A stretch of 55,727 nt of DNA, the filler included, from Diploschistes diacapsis (lineage: Eukaryota), in assembly GCA_023645945.1 (NCBI GenBank). It is 5 parts of 5 records of this genome, joined end to end, with 100 filler letters (N's around TTAATTAATTAA, not from the genome) between each part and the next. Parts side by side here need not be neighbours in the genome. Positions count along the whole stretch, not along the records: positions 22,405 to 33,463 come from JALAIB010000862.1; positions 33,564 to 44,599 come from JALAIB010000863.1; 3 more parts are not named here. One strand, written 5' to 3'. The translations under genes and the position numbers were made by a program. The notes below the pieces were generated by a model. It saw only the letters and a program-made list of their open reading frames with translations. It was not told where the DNA came from and ran no database searches. Shown here one piece after another: positions 26,901 through 38,527 of this stretch; the stretch's first letter is position 1; each line of letters opens with the position of its first letter.

Positions 26901-27675
26901 ACCGTTTGGACACGTGCCCCAAGGAGCGCGTTCCGCTTCGGCACACGGTCACTACTCTCCGGCCAACCAGAACCAATACAATTCTGCTGGCTCATACTTT
27001 CCCACCCAACCACCCCGCTCTCCAAATCCACAAAACGGCCATTTCGCTGCGCCGTTTGCGGAATCGCCTCGAGCTTCCCCCATCACCGGCACGTTCCCGA
27101 CCCGTGGTACTCCACCGGGAGACCAACCACTGCATCTGAAGAATGGCACATCTTCCCAGAACCCTCGTGCTCAGCAGCCTCGAAAGCGTTCAATCAACAA
27201 GGAAAAAATTTCCAATCCGACCTTCGTGTCAGGCACATCTAGCCTCATCACCGTGGATCTGCCTCCAGGAGCTTCGCTTACCGACGGGGTTGATCAAGTT
27301 CGAGCCGATGCTCCTCCCGTTCCGCCAATCAACCCTCGTCGCCGCAAAGGAGCGCCTGCTCAAAACTTCTTTACGAGCTTCGTTAACAGGTCTTCCAACA
27401 ACTTGAGTGTTCTCTCGACACCCTCGTCTGCCGCGACCAGCCCGCATTCTGGGACGCCTTTCCTACAAGAACCGCCTCATGAGTCGCAGTCTACTTTCTC
27501 GTCAGACGAAAGCGAATCGAGGCAAACGTCCCGCCCGGCCCGGCTTAGGAAGGTCAGCTCTGATGGTGGCAACATGGCCGCGAGGGCAAGGAATCACGCA
27601 TTGAAGGAAATGGACAGGATGCCCGTGAGCCCGATGTACGCCGTTGGGGACAACAGCTCTCGAGGCATGTTCTAG
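23902..27675 (+). CDS. Hypothetical protein, 1257 aa, largely Ser/Pro-rich and probably disordered
   Basis: Single long ORF with conserved-looking islands (DDFRTSLLMPNLSARFSMLREQDDP..IGKANDDSVL; ALEPNDVGKATASGTFNKP; HARGASTETQKEREDFANELADRR; ISNPTFVSGTSS). No catalytic motif recognised. Confidence 0.85.
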   Translation: MNPFRSRKKSISEADSGRPSMEEAPPVPLGFRGRTFRRKKPQPEAKKVVDIKAALPASDDFRTSLLMPNLSARFSMLREQDDPNTKIGKANDDSVLFPKRASRLNLFNDNDLSNIAEVASISDSIRPPFASERSNSYASADGYGTDDDSKSIMSRSRQVKGNKFFANRQKIYMIPTQGAASTKELLHQAGKGADKPVRSAPRAVYDADVSLKAFQATVADQGSRRASDDREDGKESSDDDEDHERRASLQHSEHNSKRETSSSTNSGPLDSRASTAATSIASQTASPMHGPTPNGTGFPSTKQSFGAAGQDRMGKGKRLYGQGIDQQIHEQQSSALHRLNSIQRPFGVAQSRSASSLGDRFQKPGQLYYSTNDFRAVSPVPASSSALAGFEFGTEDGRSGPNSREAGHQNNASPTPMSPPVGPVDPTLVAALEPNDVGKATASGTFNKPKTSYSDEQFAQRQVQLQKGRETPPPSSFSRPGAYNNPANRDRNGSSASQFSMLSTASQTKSQLPTQNPSASSSLRKAETAAPSNRPLNGAYLASRSESENGSEPNSPLDPASLNSIAPSMANVMDPASRHRRYEHDDQHPAFGNHLDLSEGGRRSVVDREVLPLQLANGIANTVNASDSHAVDSPTLPTVDEALASGGGLNDLIRGHLRNVSNTSSICPNSPPRLSHDFFLDGQDAAPLVNPSRPSNAAGEPYLGDGEKIAMDPLSMRARRILEQASQLKNASNKPYEVLGGVGADKVRQVLGSEAPGRSNETPRPSVWQGSKGHARGASTETQKEREDFANELADRRKQVQENLKNFAEESGSSSPIGFRNTEGSPARAGPLGLLKKASRGSLAGKNESTSKAMKMLGVAPHTALPPSSTAVPQPAVVSPDGFAGTRPVLNSDIRQRAPRPAGQQQQQQHLKVGPGSGPSFRDRSAGAERNAGFLRGPSPPSPNLGPERATSAKTPSPNPNGYGFARSHTDNVGNQQNPDQAAARSRKYSPPGAPPRRDGPFGHVPQGARSASAHGHYSPANQNQYNSAGSYFPTQPPRSPNPQNGHFAAPFAESPRASPITGTFPTRGTPPGDQPLHLKNGTSSQNPRAQQPRKRSINKEKISNPTFVSGTSSLITVDLPPGASLTDGVDQVRADAPPVPPINPRRRKGAPAQNFFTSFVNRSSNNLSVLSTPSSAATSPHSGTPFLQEPPHESQSTFSSDESESRQTSRPARLRKVSSDGGNMAARARNHALKEMDRMPVSPMYAVGDNSSRGMF

Positions 27676-29835
27676 GGGCTTGCATCCTACCACAATAGGA
27701 AAGACTTTCGCCGTCTACCTCTCGTTCTACCCACCACCTTGGGTTCCCTCCAGTTTAGCAATTTCCAGCGGCCGCAATCTGCTCCACGTAATTTTATTTC
27801 ACTTCTCAAAATGAAGCGCTTGATGCTTGTTTGACGGCTACCTCCAATTTTAACTTTTATTTCGCCACATGTATAACGCTTCGATTCTTTTGCGCAGCGA
27901 AAACGAGAATCACGATCCTGTATCACATGCATTGGCTTCTTGGAGCAGGTCTTCGTCAAGGCATCGAACTACTGGCATGCAGGAGGCGGCCCAGGCTTCT
28001 CATCAAAGCCGCGGGTAAAAAAGCAGTTGCTCTAGGGAGGGAGCGAGGAAACCAATTAGGCCAGCAACAAGGGTGTCTGGGTATCTCTTTATGGGGAAGG
28101 ACACGCGGGAGGCTATCTGTTTCGGGCACAGGCAAGATGGGTCGAGGTTAGGGCAGGTACACGCCTCGAGGCATGTAACGCTTGGTCGATATCAGACTGC
28201 AATACCTACTTTGTATCCACCTAATCTCTGTTTCCCCTACCAGGCCTCGGTAATAGATAGCTACTCGGAGAGCTCTTTTAGTCTAGGTAATCAAGTATAT
28301 GAAGAAGCATGAGGTGTACCACGATTCTTGTTCGTGACGCAAAGTTGAAGGAGCCGATGACGTCGATTTGCAGCGCCCCAGAATATGCACACCTACTTCA
28401 GGTAAACGCTACTGTGATATTACTACCGCTAGCCCCACATAGCCAAAAGACTAACAATACTACTGGATCGTGCCAGCATTGAACTAATAAAACCGATATA
28501 TATATGCAAGACTACACTACGAACATGATGAGAAAAAAAGAACAAAAAACATAAAAACACCACGGGGGCCAATGGTGTATACTACTACTGCGTTGTCGTC
28601 GTCGTCGTCGTTGTTTGTTGTTCGTTTATTGCCGTTTCTACTCAAGCAAAAAGTTCCCCCCTTGAGAACCGGGCCGGAGGGGGGGGGGGACGCTTGATGC
28701 GGGCATGCGGAGGCGCGCGGGGTTGTGGCTGCATGCCCCATTACGACGGGGCGCAGGCGGGAGGAACTGTCTTGTTCTTCTTTCTGTGCCGGCCACGAAG
28801 GGGAGCATCGCGGGACGGGACGGGGCAGTTACTGGCTGGGACGGTGTCTGGGGCGGTACTAGGTGCCGGCCGCAGGGGGATGAGCGAGCTTTAAGGATGC
28901 TGCGAGGGTGCTGGGCGGCGCCGAGGACCACCAGCGGGGACGTGGCCCGCGCGTCGTAGGTGGCGGAGGGCTGAGATGGAGGCTGGGCAACGGCGCAGAG
29001 GGGCGCGGTTTGCTGGTGCTTGTAGCGGACGGTGTGGATAACGACGTGGGTTGTTGTGGTTTTGCGGCCGGAGTGGAGTGGGTGAAAGACGGAGGAGGGA
29101 TAGAGAGCGATGGGTGGTGGATTCTGAGCTTCGAGCAAGTGCGGGAAAAGGGGTGCAGCCGCAGGAGTTTAGTTAGTGGCTTGCAAAACAAAGCATAGAA
29201 GCTTCGTGGTGATTGCTCCGCATTGGATTGTTGCGTAGGAAGAAGATGGAAATGTCCGAGAGCTTCCTTTGAAACCATTTTGGGATCTATGTCCCCGGAG
29301 TTCTTCATGTTTTGGCTGGAATTCTAGGCATGTGGAAGTGTCATGATTGAAACAATCTAGCGGCTAATACTTGTTGAAAAGCTACCATCCCATCCGATTG
29401 CCCCCTTTTGAGAAGCATGTACTTTATTGGTGGTGATTGTCACAAAAAGCACGAGCAGCCTCTTTGCTCCCATATTCCATGCCTGTAACAAACTCACGAA
29501 CGTTCTGCACATGGGATTTGCTCTGTCAGACAGTTCCCACCGCGACCATCTCGCGTTTCAACTCGGCTCTTTCCTCCCTCAGTTGCTCATTCCTTCCCCT
29601 TTACGGCAATTGCTGCCATAGAGTACTCGCCTACTCCTAGCACCCCCATACCGGAACATCCCACCCCCGGACATGAACTCTTGTCTGCGTCCATGCTGCG
29701 TCCATGTGCATCTGTAGTATACTCCTTATTCCCCCCACTATGTAGTTCAGTAGCCTTCGCGTCGTATCCTTATCCCTATCATCATTACCTTTATCACATT
29801 TTCCGATCATCGGGACAAGCCTACCGTTTCGCACA

Positions 29836-32604
29836 ATGGCGCTTCAGGCAAAGGGCAAAATGCCTATACGTCCCGGAAGCCCGGCCTCGTTGCCTCGTAA
29901 TGCTTTCTTCAGACATTCGACGGCTCCGGCGGGAGTGGTTCGCTCTCCGTCAAGAGTCCCTCTCTTGCTGTCGCCGCCTGTCTCTGAGCCGGCAGATGAA
30001 GAGCCGCCCCCCTTCAAGCCGAGCCCGGACGATACTGTGAGCTTGGATCAGTACGGTGGGCATAAGCGTCATGAGGAGGAGCGTGCCGAACCGTCGAGCG
30101 CGGCGGAGAACTTGAATTTTCCAAAGTCAACTGGAGGCTTCGTGCAAGGTGGTAGAGGAGACGATGTTTTCGGCGAGCCTTTGGTCGTCAAAGTAAGCAA
30201 TGTCGTAGCGACGAAGCCGAATATTCAGGAGCCTTGCTAAGATTCCTTCCAGACACTAATGAAGCAAGCTGGGCCGACGTCGTCAATGTTCCCCCAAGAC
30301 TGGAACTTTGGTGCCAGGAGAATCCAAACAGCCGCTCCGGGAGATGCTGTCCCTCTATTCGGGTCTCATCAGCAGACAGACAAGTCCGAGAACAACTCTC
30401 GAAGGCCTAGCTTAGCTTTCCTGTCAGGTGAAGGCTGCCGTGAGGATCTCATCAGCTCTGAATGTTCACCGTTGGTGACCATGACTCAAGTGTTCGGCTC
30501 ACTCATATTATCAGACAACAAGCTCCGAAAGTCGGCGACGGGAAAAATCGTGTCCGATCGTGCCGTGTCGGCATTTGAGCAGAAGCGAGAAAGGAGAAGG
30601 AGCAGGGACTTTTGGGAGAGTGACAGACGCAGATACAGCATCAATCCTCGCAGAGGCAAGAAGGAGACTCCGGCCATGATAGTTCTGAGGAAGGCGAGCA
30701 AGCAGTACAACTGCATAGGCTTCGAAACGGCTGCAATATCTGGTCAAGCAACGGCTACGGCGGGAAGATCCAGGTTTGTCCCGCAAGCAGAAGCACCAGA
30801 AACACCCAGGACGCCGGATTCTGGATCCGGTAGAGCCACACGCAGCTCTGTCTGCCATCCTTTAATAGAGGCCTCCAACGCAGGTTGCCGCGCAGAATCA
30901 ATCGAGCCAGCGATGACCGTGAGCGACGCGTATGCCGCATGGTCAGAGCTGAACATGACTCCCGGAAACACGCGGAAGTCCTCCTTAGCCGTCGAAGAAG
31001 CGCAGAGGAAGAGCAACATCAGCCGCCACTCCACCCATGGCAGCTCGCAGGAAATAATCTGGAAGAAGGACGGGTCACCCTCGGCTTGGTCCTACAACCA
31101 TTCCAACGTGGGCTCAGCAAGCGCCAGCATCCATAACAGTGATGACGGCCAGGCTCACAACACTGAAGGGTTTCCCGCAGATGTCTCTGCAATGCTGCCG
31201 ACTTTAGCTGAAGAACATGCTCTCGTCCCTGGCGTCGGCCCTTCGAGTCAAAGGCTCGCTGTACCAGAGGATCCGTCCGGGGGCTGGCCTTGGACCTTGG
31301 AGGCCTCGCCGACTCGCTCGGGATTCGATGCTCAGGAGACAAGTCGTGAGTATGTGAGAGGAACACCCAGTCCACCGCACAGCGCAACCCAACCGATTCT
31401 CATCCCGAAGACAAGGAATACAGCCCTGAAGGGTAAGGGGAAGGATAGGAGCGAAGAATATGAGCATTCTACGTCGTCCGATCAGAGATCTCCATCTTTA
31501 CTGTCTGCGTCTTCCGAGACCACCTCGAGTGACGAGTTGTCGGCAGATGCTGCGGATGGACCAAGCAAGATAGCTGAGACGCAGAGCAAGCACCCTTCGA
31601 TGGATTGTCGCTCGCCCAATGATGGTAGTAGTAATGATGAGTCCGAGAAGCAAGTAAATACACCTGAAAACGAGGCAGCTAACCGACGAGAATCTCCGGG
31701 AAGTATTGCTGTAGATCCTCCGATTGAACAAAAGCCAGGCGTCGCCGCAGAGGAACACTGCACGCCATCTCCAATCCAGGAGCCAAGCCACCCAAGTCCT
31801 TCAGTTCTGGTAGGCACCAAAGCGCCACTCCGAGAGTCCACCCCAACCACGACTCCCACGTCTTTCAAAGCCAGTGGATCCGGGAACTTAAGGGATAGTG
31901 AAGGCGACGGTGCAGGCGATAGTACAGACAAACAAGCCACAGAAGACATCGACGGTGACAGCGCGTACTGGAACCCGGGCAAAAATTCGCCAACAAGCCG
32001 CCTGTCACGCAAGCTAAGCACACCAGGCTTAATCAAACAACCGCCATGCTCTGCATCCTCAGGAAATGCAAAACCTGCCAACCTCATCCCCGAGCCACAG
32101 AGGCGCCACTCTTCTACCTCCCTGAAAAATTTATTGCTCAACAGGCCCAGCATGGAGTATGACGGCGCGAACGAGGCCGGAGAGGACTATTTGCATGACA
32201 TTCGAAGCCGCTTCTGGGCGGATGGAGGAAGACTCCAGAATATCTTTGGTAGAGGTAGTGTTTCGCCATCTGGTTTTCGCAGAACGCCCGTTCCACCTGC
32301 CCCTGCCCGCCAATTATGGCCCAGAGCCCTCGGCAGGTTCGCCTCGTCGTCGCTCGTCCATGGAGCGAGAGGGAAATATGCGATCAGGTCACCGTCAAAG
32401 GCCGTGGACGGAGGCAGCAAAGCGGCAGCATCGCCGTTGCTGACGCCGAGAAAGAGCTGCTTGAGGCGGAGCATTAGCGAAGCGGCTGTGGCCAGAACCG
32501 GGAGTGGGAGCGGTAGGAGAGGGAGTAGCCAGGAGAGTGGAAGCACGTGCGTGAGCGGGAGCGCGAAGGGGAGGGTTAGGTTCCAGCTGATGACTGACGA
32601 ATAG
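29836..32604 (+). CDS. Hypothetical low-complexity Ser/Pro-rich protein (two exons)
   Basis: Exon 29836-30192, intron GTAAGC..GCTAA..CAG (30193-30252), exon 30253-32604 joining the two ORFs in frame. Confidence 0.7.
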
Positions 32605-33463
32605 GACGGATGAGGTGTCGGAGACGGTCGGTGCTTCGACCATGGTTGCTGTGCGTGGTGTTGGAAAATGTTCTTTGGGGATGCGGCATTGACCTTGTTT
32701 GCACGGTTGAAGACCTCGCGGACCTGCTGCCTAGAGGGAGTGAGGGCATGGGATCTCTCTACGGACAGATGCGTTGCGTGTTCAACTTTTCCAGCGTCGA
32801 CCATGCGACAGTGGTATTCGGCGCAGTAATAAGATATGAGCTTGTCCGATTGTTGACTGTCCAACTGAAACTGTTTAAGCGATTAGGTTGAAGCATGGGC
32901 GCTTCTCTGTCGACATTGACCATTGAACATTAGGTCCCAACGCACCATGAACGATGGGTTCCGTCTGGTCTTTAAGTTGTCCAGCATTTCGGGCTAAATC
33001 ACTCGGCAGGGCATGGGATAGGCATTGATTTCCCGATATTGGGTATGGGAAAATAATTCTTAAACCACGGATGGAATATGAGATTGGCCTAATCATCCGG
33101 TATCCAGCGTTTGCCAACGAGTCATTCAACGGATCAGGGGGTGGCTGTTTCTCTCCTCTGGCGGCACGGGGCAATGACGGCAAAGAAGGTAGTTTGGACC
33201 TAAACAGCACACCTGTGAGTTGAAGCGGTAGCGTCAATGCCAATGCATCTTTATACGAAATTATTTCAGCAATCATGCTTATGCGGTGCTTCTTCTATGC
33301 TTCTATAGGAAAAAGCCACTCACAGTAATACGCTTTCCCCCTTCCACAGCCCCATACCCATCCAATCCCATCCCATCATAACCCTTACCCTAATCTCCCC
33401 TATCCTACCCCTTCTCCTCCGCCTTCTCCTCACTATGACTCTCCCCCTTCCTCTCCCCAGCAT

Positions 33464-33563
33464 NNNNNNNNNNNNNNNNNNNNNNNNNNNNNNNNNNNNN
33501 NNNNNNNTTAATTAATTAANNNNNNNNNNNNNNNNNNNNNNNNNNNNNNNNNNNNNNNNNNNN
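33464..33563. other. Artificial contig-joining spacer
   Basis: N-TTAATTAATTAA-N, 100 bp. Confidence 0.98.
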
Positions 33564-34117
33564 GGGGAGGGGGAGGAAGACGGGGCAGTGGAGGAAAGGG
33601 CAGATGGACAAGGCGGCTGACCAGGGAGCTTTGTAGTAGGTTCTAGTGTCGAGGACTGATTAGCGTGGTTGATGCGCCGCATGGTATAAAAAGAGGAAGC
33701 TATAGTTATACGTTCAGCTACTGCGATTTCCTACGTCAAAATTGCTGTTTCCCATTTGACGCTATCTTTTTATAGAAGCCATATCCCCATGGTGACGTGG
33801 GTTCGCATCCTTGAGTTTAATCGTGTGAACAGCGCACAAGTCCGTTGAACCGTGCACGAGCCTGGCTGCTGTGGTGATCACATTGTACGCCTAATGAACT
33901 AGCTTTCGGACTCTGGCCTTTCCCAACACTATCTCGTGCCCGTTCATCTCACGCTTCTTTTCACATAAAGGTAGTCGCCAAACCGCACCACACAACCATC
34001 CACCCCCCCCCGCACTTTTCTACTGCTCGGAGTGACCCACAAACCCAGCCGACCGCCCCTCTCTTTTCCTCCACACTTATTCACACACCCTGCCCTTCGG
34101 AATTGGGATTCTCTCCA

Positions 34118-34986
34118 CTACTCAACCTTGCTATCAAACGTCTCCCCCGGAACCAGGTCAGGGATGTCGTCATCGTCGTCGTCCTCCTTCTTCTCGCCCC
34201 CCTCGCCGCCCTCCTTCTTCTGCATCGCCTGGTAGCTCTCGGCGAGCTTGCGCAGCTGGTTCAGCGAGTCCGGGCCCAGCTGGTTGAGGATGCCGGGGAC
34301 CAGCTCGGTGAGCTCCTTGTCCTCGCCGTTGCCGTAGATGGCGAAGGTATTGGAGGGGACGGAGGCGTGGACTGTGGGGTGTAGGGAAGAGCGCGTCAGC
34401 GGGGTATAGTGAGAAGAGTGCGGGATGGGAAACGAGAAGGCTGGAAGGAAGGCGTGAAGGGGCTACTGAGTCAAGGGCAGAAGACGAGGCGCAAGGGCGA
34501 TGGGGTTGTTTAAGGGTGCAGGTTTTGCCAATTGGAATACGTACCTTTTGGAGCAGCGAAATGAATGACGTTCCCGTCCTCCTTGAACATGTTCACCTCC
34601 TCAATGGCCTGGATGGGCTGCACATTGAGTTTCTTGAGCGAGGTCTGGAGCTTCTTGTCGTCGGTGCCGGAGCTCTTGTGGACCTTCTTGACCTTTCGTC
34701 GCGGCGTACCCTTGCCACTTCACAGTCGACATGTCAGCTTGCTCGAGATTAGAGGCTTTGTGGCTCGGCGGTTTCTTTGGCGTAGCGTGTCTGGGGTACA
34801 TTGGGGAGCTTGGCTTACCCTGGGCACCACGATGGTTAGTTGTATATCCCAATGCAAGCAATCGGACAATTACGGGCCAGTGAGTAAGTAATGTAAAAGC
34901 AGCGAAGCCATGTAAGGTCTACAGGAGTGGATTGACTCACCAATTCGCACCGACTGCTGCAGCTTAGCTAGCTTTGCTTGATCCAT
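34118..34986 (-). CDS. EGD1: Nascent polypeptide-associated complex subunit beta (BTF3), with a predicted 1-nt exon
   Basis: Exons 34986-34941, 34819, 34717-34545, 34371-34118 give [101 protein letters not shown]. Confidence 0.95.
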
Positions 34987-35832
34987 GATTGCGGTCGAAG
35001 TTGTTCGTTACGCAACGGACGCTCAACGGAGAAGGATGGCTTACGAGTGCTGCGAGAAGACTGCAGGAGCTTGGTCTTGAATTTGGTGGTGAAGCAGACC
35101 GGAGATTTTATCGGTCCGCTCGCGGACCTAAGCGAGGGGTCTACACCACAATTATAAAAGACTTGAAGAGCAGCTGGTGATTGCTACCAATTAATAGCCT
35201 CCCTATGCTGCTAGGATTTGATATTCGCGAACTTGGGGGAGAAACGTGGTGGCATGCTTCAGAGCTTTGCGAAAAGGGGGTCCTTGTAATGAGTTTTGGC
35301 TCCAAGTTGCTACCTCTGTAGCTTTCTCGTCTTGTCTTGACAATGTCGCGGTACTACAGTGGCAACTACAACAAGCGTCTTTCCAATAAACAAAGTTAAA
35401 ACACGAGGGAGTCCTCAACTATCTTAGGTCTATTTTAATAGTTGGCTTGAAACATCATTCGAGACTTTATAGAGGGTGTAAAGCGGTAGAAGGAGTCCTT
35501 ATGTGCCAACTATCAGTCCAATCGATTTGGCTGGTTGTCACAGTTGGCTCCGTGTCTGGTCATGGAGTATATTATGATCGATCGTTTTGATTGATTGACT
35601 GATCATATTGGCAAAACTCTCTCTTAGCTGCCTGTGCTGGGGATGCTACTAATTATCCTGGATACTGAGACCACCTTTGGGGACGACCAAAACCAAGGAT
35701 TCTCCTGGATGCTATGCGGTATGAACTCCCGGGGCTTTCCTTGTGCGCTCCTGTATATTCAACGGCCCCAACTTCAATGCATCATTGCCCTAAGATTTTC
35801 GGCTCAAATAAGGCGACAGAGGATGGTATTAT

Positions 35833-37043
35833 TCAAGATGCATACATCTCCTGGCAAAGCTGATACGCAGACTTACAGCCTTTGCGTCGATACGCTGAAA
35901 AAATCTCTTCCCGGTCATCGTTGGGCGCATCTTTCATGCCTTCTGCTATGACCTTGGCGGTTCTGGCCCCAGCTCGACCGATCTCCCCGCCTGCCCTTTT
36001 TACCATTTCCAAGCCCTTCTCAAAGGCCACTCGGTACTTCCTAAAAGATTGTTGGCGAGCCTCGACATCACCGTAGATTTCGCTCTCCTCGTCTCTGGGG
36101 GCACCAAAAAGATTTAGGTGGCGGTAAGCATGCGATTTCGTTGGAATCATGTGACACCAGACTTGGCGCAAGGGAAACCACTTTCGCGCCAAATCCGCTT
36201 CTTCCCGCGCCACCTGCTCTGTCGTGATTTCATCGACGAATCCAAGCTCCAAAAACGCTGCGAGAGTGCCAAGGGTCTTTGCTGTTATCCTGTCATTGTT
36301 GGACAATGACCACTCGCTCGACCATCTAGAATTAGCATCAATTGAAGTCCAGCCGAGCATTGCTAAGAAATTCTTGATCATCTTAACCCAACCCCCCGGG
36401 CATTCCACCAATTCCTTTCCGCACACCTCAATTGCCCAATCGAGGACATCCAAAGAACACCGCCGAATGTCTACGGCCAAATGGGTCATGCCCGCTCTGG
36501 TGTAAAGCAGAATCTGCTCCGAGTAAAAGTCAATTCCGTCACGAGGAAGAGCCTGTAGCAGTTTGACCAGCTGCGTCCGCACGCCATTGCTGCCGTCCGA
36601 TATCAATGGCAGGAGCTTTGGCAGCAGGTAACCCGGTGTCACTGGGAATGGCTGATCCACAGGCTGCGACGAAATTATTGTAGTCATAAAACTCAAGGAT
36701 TCTTTCCTCTGGCTGTCCGATCGTGAAGAAAGCAGAGACACGTGATGTTCGAACTTGTTTTGGAGTGATGGAGCATCTGGCTTCAACGATTGATCCGCCA
36801 CAGCAATGGCTAAAGAGGTGAGATAGGCTTCGGTAGTACATATACGACACCGTACCTTTGGTCTTGAAGCTGGTGTCTGTGTGGTTGGTTGCTTTGGGTC
36901 TGGCTTTGCCAACCTTTAGTTTTGATTTCTAGGCACAACTTAAATAATGATTCGTACTTAAAAAGGTCAGATGGGGGTGGGGTGAAAGTAACTACCTGAA
37001 AATCCTTTTTCTTTTCCTTTTTCTTCTTTGCGCTGGAGGTCAT
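35833..37043 (-). CDS. IPI1: Pre-rRNA processing protein Ipi1 (Rix1 complex)
   Basis: Exons 37043-36996, 36928-36856, 36809-35833. MTSSAKKKKEKKKDFQKSKLKVGK..TNHTDTSFK, PLISDGSNGVRTQL, AGMTHLAVDIR. The 3' end is uncertain because of a possible donor near 35875. Confidence 0.9.
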
Positions 37044-38527
37044 GGTTGGGGATTTTGCCTCTTTCTCTTGCGATGAACTTGGAGTCTGTATGGGAAGGTA
37101 CGCTGTGGGGATTGCTCAATGAATTGGAGCTGATTCATAGTACTTCCTGATGCAGTGAAAGTGTTATGGACATCAACTGCGAAGAGTGGGTACCAGTAGA
37201 GGTCTCTCGCTTGCCATGATCTTGAAGTCAGTATATCTTGTGGCTGTCATGCCGTGAGAGCTTTTTATTAGGACCAAGCACTGGGTAGGCGGGGATTGCC
37301 GGGGGCTCTGCCTGGGGCTTTGCGCCTAATGAGGTCCATAAGCCCTGGTTCAATCACGTGCTAATTGATTGTTTGTCAAGGTCTTGTGAAGTACTATCAA
37401 GCGGCGAAGCAAGACTGGGCTTGATGGACCAGATTCGTTTGGCTTTGGTTAAGACATCTAGTAGATAAGTCAACCTCTTTAGTTTAGAACGATAGAATAA
37501 CCGTCCCGATCGCCAGCCAGGGCCTTAAGATGTGAAATAGCCAGCAGTCAAAGCCCATAAAACAGGCAGCCTGTGGCTTTCAAAGAGCTATTGAATGAAT
37601 CGATGACACTAGAATCAGAGCCAGATGTACCCACAGCAAATCATGCCCCATCCAGCATCCCAATTTGGAAAATATCGGCTACCATCTGTTGGGAACCCGC
37701 AGAGAAACCGAATTTGCTAATGCTCTTTCTCCAAGGTTGAACTTTCCAAAGCGGCCCCTGAAGTATTCGATCGGACGTAGGTGGTCCAGGGGCACGCCTA
37801 GCTTAAAATTAATCAATGGCTTCAATCATTCAAAGCTGGTAGATTGCCATTGTAGTCCGGGAAGAAAGAGCGAAGCGGAGTTTTCTGCAGTTTCTCCTGC
37901 AGCATATCCAGCTTCGTGAAGTTGAGGCAAGCATCGCTCTTTCCAAATCAAGGGCAGCCGTATACTGTTTCGAGCAGCTCTATAATTTGGGGCAGGCTTG
38001 TGGAGTCCGTATCCTCGCAGGATGTCTGATCCTGCGCTGACAAGTCCACGAAGAAGAACCCCATCTGAACGGGCTGACATGGGTTTCAGACACGCTGACG
38101 GTAGACAAATCAAAGGTTTATGCCGAAATCAGATGTCTGGAGATGCTTTAGAGCGGTATAGTCGGGGCATATCATCCTGATTGCGGCAAACATTGCACGC
38201 AGGCCCAAAAATGGAGCATAAAATCCACAAACATTGAGTACAAAATTTGTGAAGGTTAGCTTGAATTACTGGGGCACAATCTTGGGGAAAGATCATAGTG
38301 GTTCGTTGAGGAAAAGAGACCTCAAAAGTAATACCAAGATGTTGCGGCCTGCATTGCGATATTTCAGTGACTGTACAATCCCTGTAATCTTGGCAGTCGT
38401 TGTCCGCGTACAATATTTTCCTTCGAGTGTTGACTTTGAGTAAAGTGGTAGCTAGCCGAGAGTAATGTGTTGAAACTCGAACACTTTACTTTGTTTAATT
38501 ACTCTAATTTAATACCTCTGTCCAAAA

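Noticed and set aside
28141..28160. CCCTAACC on the minus strand as a telomerase RNA template
   Set aside because: An 8-nt match is expected by chance; no pseudoknot or other TER domain recognised.
33790..33812. B-box-like GGTTCGCATCC suggesting a tRNA
   Set aside because: The invariant A is missing, and I could not build an A-box or cloverleaf.
37100..38500. Short ORFs and weak inverted repeats between IPI1 and the NUP53-like gene
   Set aside because: No motifs or splice-consistent model; stems are 9 bp or less.
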